Shown: positions 27,626 to 40,500 of the stretch, piece by piece
How the letters are laid out: every line of letters begins with the position of its first letter
How positions within the stretch are numbered: the stretch's first letter is position 1
From: Paramecium tetraurelia
Taxonomy: Eukaryota
Reading direction: 5' to 3'
Assembly (NCBI GenBank): GCA_000165425.1
Contig: CT868163.1
Coordinates: 1 to 64,000 of the forward strand
DNA: 64,000 nucleotides
Notes under the pieces: model-generated
What the model saw: the letters and a program-made list of their open reading frames with translations, nothing else
What the model was told of the DNA's origin: nothing
Database searches by the model: none
Translations under genes and position numbers: made by a program

Positions 27626-28613
27626 TCAGAGAAGATGTATCTTTTCAATTAAAAGACTTTAATTGTACTGGTTGATGTACATAATGCTCTGTAGATTTTT
27701 ATTGAGACCAACCTCCTTCGATTATGTTTTTTTGACTTCAGAGAACTATACAACTTATAATCAATCAGCATTACCTGTCCAATCAATAGAAGTCCATTAT
27801 TGTTTACATAATTCCCAAACCCCATGATTAGACCCTTCTGAAATTACCCTTAATAATAACTTCCATCACTCCAATGAAATGTTCCATCGCCTTAGAATTA
27901 GTTATTTTCAAACGATCCTTCATACCTACAATTAGAGATAAGAAATATAAAACTTGCATCCATCCTGGAACACTTGAATGCCTCTACCATTTTTCTTGCC
28001 GTTATGAAATTGCCCATAAAATCTTGTTCCATCACTCTTAATTTCCTGGGCTTCTCCTTCTAACTGGTTATTGATCCATATTCCTAAAAGTAAGAATTTA
28101 ATTTACCTTTAACTATTTTTTTTTCCGATATAAACATACCAAAACCATTTGTGCAGCCATTTTAGAATTGAGCTTCGAAACTTTATTATTTTGATATTTA
28201 ATACATATCGCCATTCCTATAATGCATTGTACAAAATCCTTGGAGCAAATCGTTTTACCATGTCCTATAATAATATAAAATAGTTTGTTACCCAATTAAT
28301 AAATTGCCAGCTTGTGGCCACACTTAAATACCATTCCCATGTTTGAGTCCTGACTCCAATGTACCAAAGTATACACTTTCATCACTTTATTTTGAAACCT
28401 GAAAGTCTGGGTGAGGTTTGAAATTTTCTAATTTTTGTTTAATGTGTTGTGGAAGAGCACTCACAAACTCCAATAATCGAGAATCTAAAGCTGGACTGCC
28501 ATGTTTGGAGTTGTCATCATCAGCTAATCATAGATAAAAAGTCTAGTACTTTCGCTCAATGAGATAGATGCAAACTTATGAATGAAATATTCTTATGATA
28601 TCTATTAATTCAT
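27626..28613 (-). CDS. MORN-repeat protein
   Basis: VYFGTLESGLKHGNGIQVW, YYQGNFRRGLIMG-type repeats; several short introns; ends EKIHLL*. Confidence 0.85.
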
Positions 28614-28698
28614 TTATATTTAATTATTGAGATATATTACTAATGGAAAGTTAAAACATACTCTTAAATTAATTTAATTAAATAAGTATACAGAGGAA

Positions 28699-29269
28699 AT
28701 GTCTCTTTAAAGAGTTTTTGAGAAATTAATATATTGGGATGTCTACTTATCAGCAGTTATACATGGCCATGAAAGTTTAATGCTGACAGTGATGCTATTT
28801 TTGCCATCCTTGATTTTTTCGCCCAAAACGATTGCCGCACCAATATTCTTCATCACTTATTAATATGGCTATGCTTATTCAATCAGATACGTGATTTCAA
28901 TAGTGCTGTCATTAGCCTTGACGACTTTCTTTAAGAAACATTTTAAAAGACCAAGACCCAAGCCTCGTCCACAATTATCACTCAAACCTATGTATTTTAG
29001 AAATAAGGAAACTAATTATTCCTTGCCAAGTGGAGATTGTGCTTAAGCTGCAGCCTTTCTCTTCTATTTTCTGAATGCCTATGGAAGCGGTACTTTAGAT
29101 ATATCAATTTATTTTAGGAGACATCGTTGTCATTTTGATCGCAATTCTCATGACTCTCAATGTGATGTTGGGCAGAGTATATTTCTGTTGTCACTACTTC
29201 AGTGATTGCCATCTTGGATTTGGAATTGGAGTGACTAGTGCCTTCTTGATTAACTTTTTATTATAATGA
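28699..29269 (+). CDS. PAP2-family lipid phosphate phosphatase-like membrane protein (C2 motif PSGD)
   Basis: C1 KKHFKRPRP, C2 LPSGD, C3 GRVYFCCHYFSD; intron ~29090-29117. The start could be an upstream ATG at 28643 via an intron. Confidence 0.85.
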
Positions 29270-29318
29270 AATGGGCGTGTATTGTATACAAAGAATATTC
29301 AATTAATATTATATATAT

Positions 29319-32300
29319 ATGAACATAGTTGAGTACCGAAAGCATCGGAATGAAAACTAAATCAGAACTTGCTGCTGCAAAAGAAGAGCCCCTTGGGAAT
29401 TACAACCAGACAGAAAAGTATTACAAGCATTTAAATTCTTAGATTCTGATTGGTACCGCAGATAAAAATATTCCCAATAATAGAGTCGAGACTTCAAAGT
29501 ATAATATGCTCACATTCTTACCCAAAAACTCATTGGAATAATTTAGGAAAGCTTCCAATTTGTACTTTTTGCTTTTGGGCATCTTGTAATCAGTTTGAAT
29601 TCAATTTAGTCAAATCCTACCATCAGTCACCACTACTGATGGACAACCCACTGTGTATTTACCTCTGTCATTCATCATTATGGTCAGCATGATCAAAGAC
29701 TTTTTTGAAGACTTTAAAAGGTACCTCAATCATCACCATTAGACACCGAGCAGATGATGAAGAAAACAATCGAACAGTATAAAAATATTCACTTCGAACA
29801 GGAGTCTTTGAGTATGATAAATGGTAAAATGTGTATGTTGGAGACATCATCAGAATTGCAAATAAATAGGTTTGATTTTAACTTAAGAGTAGAGAATTCC
29901 TGCTGATATTATTATCTTAGCTACTTCTAAGGGAGGAGAATGCTTTGTAGAAACTAAGAATTTAGACGGTGAAACTAATCTCAAACCCAAATATGCACAT
30001 CCATAATTGCAAACCTTATACAAATAGCTAAATGAAAAAGAGTTACCTTATAATTTGTAACTTTGAAATAAAATATCTTAGATTTGTAACCATGGATTTT
30101 GAACGATAAAATCCTCTAATGTATAAATTTAAGGGTAGCTTCAATATTGTTAATGAAAATAAGGAATTACCAAAGGAAGCATTGAATTATGAAAATTTCT
30201 TAGAAAGAGGGTGTTCTCTCTAAAATACTGACTGGATTTTGGCAGTTACTGTATATACAGGACATGACACCAAGATTATGATGAACTCGATTATAGGAAA
30301 GATGAAATATAGCACGGTTGAGAAATTGATGAGTAAGTAGATCTTATGGGTATTCTTGTTTTTGTTGTTTGAATGTATTTTTGCATCAACATATTATAAT
30401 ATATGGTACCAAAGAAACATGAATGAAGTACAATCATATTTGAATATTGATAAAAATGCTCCAGAAAACAGTTCCTTTTACAATTTTGTCTTAAGATTTG
30501 CAATGTGGTTCTTATTATTAGGTAATAGTGTCCCAATATCGTTATTGGTTACTTTAGAGACTGTCAAGTTCTTTTAAGCTTAAATGATTTAATGGGATAA
30601 GAATTATCTAACACTTGATCGACCTGCTGCAGTTCATTCCTCAAATCTAAGTGAAGAATTGGGAGTTATTGAATATATATTTAGTGATAAAACGGGAACA
30701 TTGACATAGAACATTATGAAATTTAAATCTCTTATTATTGATGAAGTTGTTTATGGCGATATCGAGGAAAAAAGCTAAAATTAATAAGATGTAATAGATG
30801 AAAAACCCTTTTAAGAAAAGCATAGAATTGTATCTTAAAATGTTGATTTTACAGATGATGCCCTATATTCTGAATTGATCTCTGAATTTATGAATAAAAA
30901 ATCAGCTCGAAATTTCACAAGTAACGACCATGTGTTCCTAAGTCTTCTTTGTTTATCCTTGTGTCACACAATTTAAACAGAATTAGTCGAGAATATTGAA
31001 TCTGAGATTTAATATAATGCTAGTTCTCCAGATGAGTTGGCATTAGTTAGTTTTGCAGCTGAGATGGGATTTAAATATATTGGGAAGGAAGATAATGTGA
31101 TGAAGGTTTACATAAAGCATACAAAGGAAATTTTAAAGTTTTAAATTTAGTAGGTTATTGAATTTAATAGTACTAGAAAAAGAATGTCAATAGTGTTAAA
31201 AGATTAAAATGGAAGATTAACTTTATTTTGTAAAGGAGCAGATAATGTTATTTTATCTATGTTATAAGATTTTGAGGAGAATGATACTATTTAGAAAAAT
31301 ATCTTATTTGAAATAAAAAAACAATTACAAGAATATGCCACTATTGGACTAAGAACTCTAGTGTTGGGATACAAGGAATTGGAGTAAAAAGAATATGAAA
31401 AGTTTTTATCTGAATATAATAGAGCGTAATCTATTTTAGATGATGATTAATTGAGAGAATCACTGATGAATCAGTTAGAGGAAATGATTGAAAATAATTT
31501 ATAGTTATTATGTGCAACAGCTATCGAAGATAAATTATAAGATAAAGTTGGAGAAGTAATTGCTGATTTAAAATCTGCTGGAATCAATGTGTGGGTTTTG
31601 ACTGGAGATAAGATTGAAACAGCCATTAATATTGGATTCTCATGTAAATTACTTACAGATTAGGTGAAAAGATTTATAATAGACGGAGATTCAGAAGGAT
31701 AGGTTGAAAGATAATTAGCCAAAGTTACCAATAGTATTAATGAACAACCTGAAGAACCGTTATCATTGATAGTGTCAGGAGTGGCTCTTGTTATAATCAT
31801 ACACAATTTTAAAGGAGCGTTTTTTAAAGTAGCCTTGAAGGCTAATGCTGTGATGGCTTGTAGAGTTTCTCCAAAATAAAAATAAGAAATTGTGAATTTG
31901 GTTAGAAAATTGACTGGCAAAATAACATTAGCCATTGGTGATGGTGCAAATGATGTGGCTATGATTACTTAGGCTCATGTTGGTATTGGAATTAGAGGTT
32001 TAGAAGGGTAGTAAGCAGCAAAGGCAAGTGATTATGCTATTGGAGAATTTAAACATTTAAGAAGGTTGTTGTTTTATTCTGGACACGAATCCTATAGGAA
32101 GAACAGCAATTTAATTCTATTTAACTTTTACAAGAATCAATTATACATCGGAGCATTTTTCTTTTTCGGTTTTTCAAATGGATTTAGTGGATAAAATCTG
32201 TATGATTAATGGCTTTCTTAAATTTTTAATGTATTCTTTACAAGTTTACCTATTATTCTATTTGCTTTATTTGATGAGAAGTATCCAAACTCAAATTATA

Positions 32301-32874
32301 TGCAATTGGTTTAAGATAAGGCAAATTTCTTAGAATCCAGGCCTGATATTTATAGGGAGTATTTGACTAAGCCTATCTTTAACTTAGTGTCCTTTTGGCA
32401 ATAATTCTTATGGGGATTGTTTTAAGCAATATTGTTAATGATAATTTCATTTTATGCATTTGAACCTATTTCACCTCATTTTCATGGATAGAATTCTACA
32501 TACTTAGAAGCTGGAATGACAATAATGAGTGCAGTTGTAATTATTGTAAATTTTAAAGTTCTCCTGCTACACAATACTGTAAATATAATGATATTAATAA
32601 TTTATAGAATTATCCAATCATAGTCTATATTAACATTGGATCAACCACCTGCTTTATATTATTTTTCTTACTTTTCTCTCAATACCCCTTTTTTGAAAGC
32701 TTTGATCTCTTTCAAAGATTGTATGAGTGCTTTAATTACTATATGGCAATGATATTGATGTTGACTGTTACCAACTTCTTTGATCTCGGGAGACAGAGAT
32801 ATAATTACTTTGTGGATTAACAAAGAGAACATCAGTAAAACAACCCACCAACTTAATTAGAAATTGAAATGTGA
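29319..32874 (+). CDS. P4-type ATPase (phospholipid flippase)
   Basis: [85 protein letters not shown]. Several short introns. Confidence 0.96.
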
Positions 32875-32898
32875 TATATATATATAAATTATATTTTA

Positions 32899-33992
32899 AT
32901 GAACGATCGTGAAAGTAGTGATTCTAGCAGTGATGAATTTTATGAGAAAATTAAAGCTTAAGTACTTAACAATTCTAAACTAAGTTAAATATCATGGATG
33001 ACGAGGAAAAGAGTTCAAGAATTGTAAGCAGAAATGAAGTATTACCTAAAGTTTCATTTGCTCCACCAGAATCCAAAGAACAGAGAGAAATCAATTTCAA
33101 TTATAAACATTCAGATCGAATTCAATTGATTGGCAAAATTGAATCCATTACCAAAGAAAACATTACCATTTATTCTAATCTTTTAGAATTTGTCATCAAT
33201 TTAGATTAATTAATAGTGAATAGCTAATAAGAGATCTTGGGAAAAGTTGATGATGTCTTTGGTAAAGTTGAAAGACCTCACTATTCAATTTTGTTGGATG
33301 GATATGTGAACAACCTAATTTAGACTAATTAACTAAAAATTGGAGATGATGTCTTTATTAATGTTGACAGCACTTCTGTTCTTAATCCTGACGCTATTTA
33401 AGCAATTACTTAAGTAATTTATAATGTTATCAAAAGTAAAAAAGGGTGCGATGCTTCTAATTAATTTGATGAAGAAGTGGTTAATGAAGGCGATATTGAA
33501 TATTCAGATGATGAGATTGAAGCCTTCTCTAAAAAGAGAGGAAACAAGGAAGAAGGAGAAGTGAAGAAAAATAATAAAAAAAAAGAAAAACATCATAACC
33601 AATAAAAGCATGATAAATAATAACCATATCCTTAATAAAATAATAAAGTTTAGGGCAATAATTAATAATAACAATAATAGTAATAGTAAATGATGTAAAT
33701 GTAACATTCTATGTAATAATAATAACAATATTATTAATAAATGTTCCTTTAATAACAAATGTAATTGTAAATGTAATAATAATAATAATATTAATAAATG
33801 ATGTAAAATTAATAGTCTTTTCCATAATAATAAATGCAATAACCTTAATACATATAACAAATTTATCCATAACCGTAATAATTATAGCCAAATCCTCAAT
33901 TAAATCTCCCTTATAATCCATAACAAATAAATTAATAATTAAGTTAGAATTTGAATTCCCTCTTCTAAAATATAAAACCACAAGATTAATGA
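32899..33992 (+). CDS. NAF1: H/ACA RNP assembly factor NAF1 with Gln/Met-rich tail
   Basis: SRNEVLP, LGKVDDVFGKVERPHYSI, KGCDASNQFDEE..EYSDDEIE (NAF1 signature). Two short introns. Confidence 0.88.
33660..33930 (+). repeat. (TAA)n-rich low-complexity tract encoding the poly-Q/M/P tail of NAF1
   Basis: Runs of taa/tag/caa/atg in frame with NAF1: QQQQQQQQQMMQMQHSMQQQQQYYQQM.. Confidence 0.85.
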
Positions 33993-34092
33993 ATAAGTTT
34001 TGTATATAATTTATTATTGTCATTATTAAATATCTAAATCTCATTCACATTAAAATCAGTACTTAAAATAATATCGAATTATATATATATAT

Positions 34093-35379
34093 TCATTTTT
34101 CAAAGTATGCTCTTAAGAGATATTCAGTAGTTTATTAGACAGATTTATTTGTGTCGTAAACAAATCTTTCTAAAATATCTTTAAAAGTGGAACTCTGCAT
34201 TTGGATATATTTTTAATATTTATCGATCTCAGTACATTAAAACAGGGATAAAGCAATGCAATTTAGGGTGGCGTAGTTCATGGTCGTCGATATATCCTAT
34301 CGCAGAATATCAAATAGCATATCAAGTATATGGTATTATTCCATAAGCTGCAAAAAGTGTTATCTTTTGCGAAGTACTATTTCTAAAAGTTTTAGTATTT
34401 CAATTTATCCATCTATAAATGTAATTTTAAGCAGTTTGACTAAATCGTCATTTATAAATTTAAAATAAGTGTCATTTTCTTCAAAAATCATAAACAATAA
34501 TTTTGTAGACCTAACCATAGTTCTTTCGTGTCTGTACAAATTACTTTGAAGAACAAACATTAATTCTGAAGTGACAATGTATTCATAGTAAATTTTTGAA
34601 ATTGCATGTTAAACTAAATAATGAATTGCTAATAACAACTAATCACAACAGAAAACATCTGAGTTGGGTTGCTTAAGAAAATGCAATAAGCATTTCCAAG
34701 GTTTCCTATCCTCAGAATTAGCAGAATTCAAAGCTTCCCAATAAAATTAATTAGCTTATGGATATTTTTGAATTAAATGTGGGAGAATGCGAATTTGCAT
34801 TTACGTAGTGCTGTTTCTGCATTAAATCAGTTCTTCACAACATATCAAAAACACTTATTTCAGAAATGGAAAAGGAGTATGCGCTGAATTTGAAAGAATG
34901 AGCATAAATTCCCAATAAAGTTTTCTATGTTCTTCAAATAAGTTGCCACTAATTAAGTTTAAATATTAAGTTAATCTCTCTTTCTAAATCTGATCAGAGA
35001 AGATGTGTTTGACTACTGTTGGTTCAACACATAAATTACACATTAAGTTCAAACACAAATTAAGGTCTAAACCATTGTGTTTCAGTGTTTTGTATATATT
35101 ATGATCTATAATATAGACACTGTATTTTGCACTTAATTGCTATACCAATTATATGAGTTTTTCTAAATTTTAGTTGTCTGGATTTTGAAGTATAAGTTAA
35201 ATCTGATTCTCAATTTGATCTTTGAATTTAAGTTCAAAATCGATTAAATTGTTGCATTCATTTAGATCCTGAATTAAATTGCTCTTTTCAAATCTCTTCT
35301 TGCTAAATTCTTTCTCGAGATTTTATTTACGAATTTCTGTTCTAAATTATTCTCTTCTTTTAACTATAATATCACTCAT
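34093..35379 (-). CDS. Divergent importin-alpha-like protein (IBB-like N-terminus + ARM-like helices), ~428 aa
   Basis: MSDIIVKRRE..RTEIRKQNLEKEFSKKRF resembles the importin-beta-binding motif; helical repeats follow. The 1,287 nt span is 3n. Confidence 0.65.
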
Positions 35380-35714
35380 TAATAATAAAACTCATATTAA
35401 AATCAAATATTTTAATAACATCAAATTACTAAACTTAGACATAATTCGCAAGTCTTATATCAGAATTTCTATGTCTAAAGGATATTTCCCATATCTGTAT
35501 TAATAATGAGAATATTTTATATAAAATTGTTTATTTACTTTTGATCACCAATTTTTATTAATTCTTATTTAGTGTTGTTATTGAGGTGTATAATTAACAG
35601 AACAAAATTTGGGGAAAAATACAATAACAGAACGGTATTTTATAGAATTAATTCAAAAAAGTTAGCTTTTTAAATATATATACCATATAATTAATTTGTT
35701 AAAATATATAAAGG

Positions 35715-37571
35715 ATGTAGTATGAAATCAAGATAATGGGTTATGAGAACACAACGGACAATGTTTTATATAAAATTCGCATTATCGATCTTTTTACACT
35801 TGATTAGAGAGACATTAGAGTTAGATATAGTCTTTTGCTTGATCTTCATAATGCCATGCAAGATTCCAATATAAATTATCAAGTATTTATTAACTAAATT
35901 TAGCTTCCTTAATTTCCCAAGAAGGAATACTTGAAGACATTGTTTGGAGAAAATAAAGTGATCAAAAAGCGCGAATAAAAAATAGGGGAGTATTTTCAAT
36001 AACTTCTTAAATGTCCTCCTCCTAATCATAAATTATTACTTGATTTTATTAGAGAAGGAGTTGACACAATTAGATAATAAGAATTATTAAAAGAAGTTAG
36101 CTCGAAATAGGAAATACTTAAATTTTTTAATAGTGAAAGGGTGTTAGAAAAGGGACAGTTTGGGAAAACCACTTTATATAGCGTAAACGGAAAAAAAATA
36201 ATTTTGCATAAGTTTTACGTTATGTAGCATTAAAGTGATTAATTTTTCCAAGCCTATATTAAGGCTCATTTAAATATTTTTGATTTTAGCTTATTCACTC
36301 AAGTGATTTCTATATTCTATATACGACCTAAGGCTAATTTTGTCGACTCTATGCTTGGCTAAGTGAAATAGCCAAAGGTTAGTAAGAAAACCAATATTTT
36401 TACTCATTTTTATCCCAAACATATTAGAGTAGAAGCAGTGAAGATATTCTCACTTGAAGAATATGAGGGATAAAATCTAAATGAAGTGATTAAAGATCGA
36501 AAGAATAAAAATAAACCTTTTACTTTAGATGAGCTCTTAAATATCATACAGAAAATCCTATAGGCAATAATTTAATTGCATAAGCGCAATATATTTCCAA
36601 ATAGAATTTTACCCACTTCCATTATTATCAATAATGAGAGTGTTAAATTAGCCAGCATCTAAGAGCCAAATGCAAAATATAAGGAGAAATATTTGTTAGA
36701 AGGATATGCTATTAGAACTGAATAAGAGTTTGATGTTGTTTATTACCCTCCTGAGAAAATGAGTTAATAGTTTTAATAATTAAATGGAAGGTTGATAGAT
36801 AGTTGGCACTTTGGAGTGTGTATACTAATGGCAGCTTTGCTATATACAAATAAAGAATTGGATGGAATTCATTCATGTTATCAAGTTGATAAGTTTGCAA
36901 ATCAAGTATAGTTGTTATATGGGTATTTTTAATAAATTTAATATAGATAAGTGATGTAATAGCAGAAATAATTATGTTGAGTCTAAAATAATAGCCACAT
37001 GAAAGAGCTGATATTAGAGAATTGTATTTCTTGGCCAATTAGACAGCAATAATCAAATTTCATTCAACTGTTTTGAATCAGTAAGAGAGAACTTAAATTA
37101 CATACTTAAAAATTAATACCATAACACAAGAACAATTAGAAAGTCTCTAATAACTAATTTAAAAATCTCCAATTTTATCAGTTAAAATCAATCTATATAA
37201 ATAAGAAATAGATTAATAAGAATTTGATAAATTATTATAATTACTGGGTAATTTCGCTGAAGTAAAGTATTTTCAGATGATTTTAAATAAGTAAGAATAG
37301 ATTTAAAATGATTAGAACATAAAATTTAAATTTTGGAAACCTCTGCGTTGGTTTATAGAAATTAAAGTAAATCAAACGTCTATCTTTGGATTTGAAGGGA
37401 ATTAATATAGAAAAAGAAGACATTGATCAAGCAGTAAAAATATTTAAATAAATGGATTCAATAGAAAGATTGATATTGGATTGTTCATCGATGGAATTTA
37501 TTAATAGTTTGAAATAGGAATTGAAATTAGAGAGTAATTTAGTTTTGTATTTTGAATCATAATTAATTTGA
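35715..37571 (+). CDS. PX domain + pseudokinase + short LRR-like C-terminus
   Basis: PX: YKIRI..VRYSLLLDLH..LPQFPKK..KREQKIGEYF..LLDFI. Kinase fold: LEKGQFGKT, LHKRNIFPNRILP, VKLASI, YYPPE, DSWHFG. LRR-like LQKLKQIKRLSLDL. Several inferred introns. Confidence 0.75.
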
Positions 37572-37577
37572 TTATTT

Positions 37578-40500
37578 TCACAGCAAGTCAGCAGGTTATT
37601 TTGCAGCATTCTTTAATTTTTTTCTATTTTTTATTGAGTTAAGCATTTAACTAGCTTATCTCATAGTATCTACAATATTGACAATCTGAATATAATAATG
37701 AAATATTACATCTTTGGATATGCGTTCGATCTTTTTGGATTCTTCTTCTTCATCCTGATTGAGATTTTATAGTTCTCTAGCTTTATTGAATGGGAACCAT
37801 GTCAGATCTTTCTTCTATATTTTATCCGAAACGAACTACTCAATTCCAGTATAATCTGTTGGATCTTTGTATTTGAGATATGCCATGAAGAAAACGTAAT
37901 TCCACATATAATGATTAACTTTGATGTGATGATCAAAACCTCCACCCATCGATGATGTGTCTGTTAATCTATCAAAGATGGTCTTAAGATTTCCACAAAT
38001 AAAACATTTATCTTCAATGTCCCTAACCTTTTCAGTTTCTTCTTCTCTTAATGAACCAAATGTGTCAATAATAATACCTGCCACAATATTAACCATGATT
38101 ATAACTAAGAAAATATTTGATGTGTTATCAAATACGTATCTACCCACATGATATTTTTCAACTACATTTTCATCTTCCAAATCTGATAAATATCCTCCAA
38201 CTCCACCATTGGCTTTAAATGTCCAATCAAATGTAAATAGAAAACAAAACAATGTCGACTAGCATTTTCCTTTGTAATCTTCAAAAAAGAATGTATAGGC
38301 TATCAGTCCATAAACATAAACAAGAATTATGAAAAGTACCAGTGTAAGTGCTAATTGTTATTTAGGTTCCCAAACAGATCTAATAACATTCTTTAAAGTT
38401 GGATAACGGATCAATATCTCTGTTAAATGAAAACTAAAGAAGAAAGGGTGCAATACTGTTCCTATTACAGCCAAGGCACCATATGCTAAATAATAAACGA
38501 CTTCTATCTCTTTGAGAATATAAAACAAAACTGCTAGCAATTTAAATATCTTATAAATCAATTGTATTGGCCAATAAGTAAACTTATCTTCAAATGGTAA
38601 TTTAGTTTTCCAGGCCTTCTTAATAATTAACGGAGCATTCTTAAACAAAAAGAATGAAACCACAAAAATTGAACAACAAGCCATAATAGTACCACAAATC
38701 AAAAATATATTCCTAGTCTGCTATGGTGAATACTACTCATCTCTAAACAATCGGAAATCTGTAATCCTATTTCCTGATTCATTTTAAGCAAATGATCCTA
38801 TAATGAATAAATTTAATAATAAGGTGAATAAAAATGCTAAATCCTTCCATAATTTCACATAATTTGCAAATAAAGCTAGAAACTTCTATCTTTAGAAGAT
38901 ACGTCTTAATTGTTCCTCATGTTCACATATTTCAATTAATCTTTCTGATTCCTAAACCAAAAATTACACCTTCGATTTAGTAGATGATCTATCGACATTT
39001 TCATGAAATTCTATCTTCTGTTCTTTAGGTAAATTATGAGTATATGGCAAGAGTATAAAATACACAATTTCTATTTCATTGTTTCTAACAACTTCTATTG
39101 AAGCACTATTTTTATAGAAAAAATCAAATGCTCTTCTCTTCATCTTTTCCTTTTCAGCTCTTCTTTCTCTGTCTTGTTTTTCTTATTATTCGCTTGACTA
39201 CACTTAAGTAGCCATCTGTTTTTAAGCTTCTTTCTTGATTTGATTCATTAAATCAATCCAACTATTTGCGAATGACATCACAAAACTTACAAGTTACCCA
39301 ATTATATTATCTCCGAATAACAAATCTTCTAATGTGCCTTTGTCTTACTTAAGTTTCTTTCTTGTATTCGCCCTATACATTTAAACAAATGAATTCTCAA
39401 CATTCTTCTCAGATTCCATATAATAACACATTAAAAAATAAATATAAAAGCCTTTCTACAATATTAATTCATAGTATTGCTCTTCTTTTACTTTATCTTC
39501 TTATTTTGCAGTTTCGGGATCTTCTTTAATTCTATCTAGGACTTCAATCTAATAGCCTTCTTTACATTACTTTTCATACTTATGAAAACAACTTACCATG
39601 TGTTTTTCTAATAAAGGTGGTGTTAAATGTCTCATTATTCTTTTGATGATTGGATTTGAATCTGATATTTCTCTCATTTCAATTAAAGAAAGAATCAAAA
39701 TCAAACATTTGGTTTGCATTCTTTCAATTTACCAATTTTTTAAATCAGATCCTTTCTGTTATTTTTGATATCTACTAGTCTTAGTAGTCATCATTTTGTT
39801 ATTTTAAGTTTTCGAAGTTTTTATATTTGATGTCATAATTTAAGTTTTACTTGTATTGTCTTTCTCCTTTTTTTACCCAAACAAATCTGAAGCTATTTCA
39901 AAGAATTTAGAATCAGCAACTGCTATTTAATTTTCAGGACATGGGCCTTAGACTAATTCATTTAAAGTGTCCAAACATAGAACCATATTTTCATACTAGG
40001 CTCTATCTTTATAATAATAAGTTAGTAATAATTCAGCCACTTAATTAATCATGTTATACGAATTTCTAGAATTTGTTTGTTATCGGATATAGTTTTGTAA
40101 ATCAAGATAATGTCCCTCGCAACAATTTTATAAGAATCTCAAGACTTGAGTTAATAATAATTCTAAATCTTACTATTATTTTATTTCTTACACGTTATCC
40201 TCTTATTGTTGTTATTATTGAGGGAAATTACCTAATTATTATTCTTCAGTCTTTTTGTCTTTTTCTTTGATTGTGATTTATTTGATCTATGCCTGAATGA
40301 CATTATTTAATCTACTAAAGATGACTTCACTTTTTGGATAAGTCTTCATGAACTCAAAAATTGTTTTTTATACCTTGTTATTACCACCTGATAGCAGAGT
40401 GTTGATAAACATTAAGAAATTTCTTAGCATTTCTCCATCAAGGATAATTGATTCACTTAAAACTGTTAACACCATCCTAGTGGCTCCTAATTTATTGAAT

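Noticed and set aside
33504..34044. ORF-track L/I/H-rich minus-strand ORFs
   Set aside because: Antisense of the NAF1 (TAA)n Gln tract.
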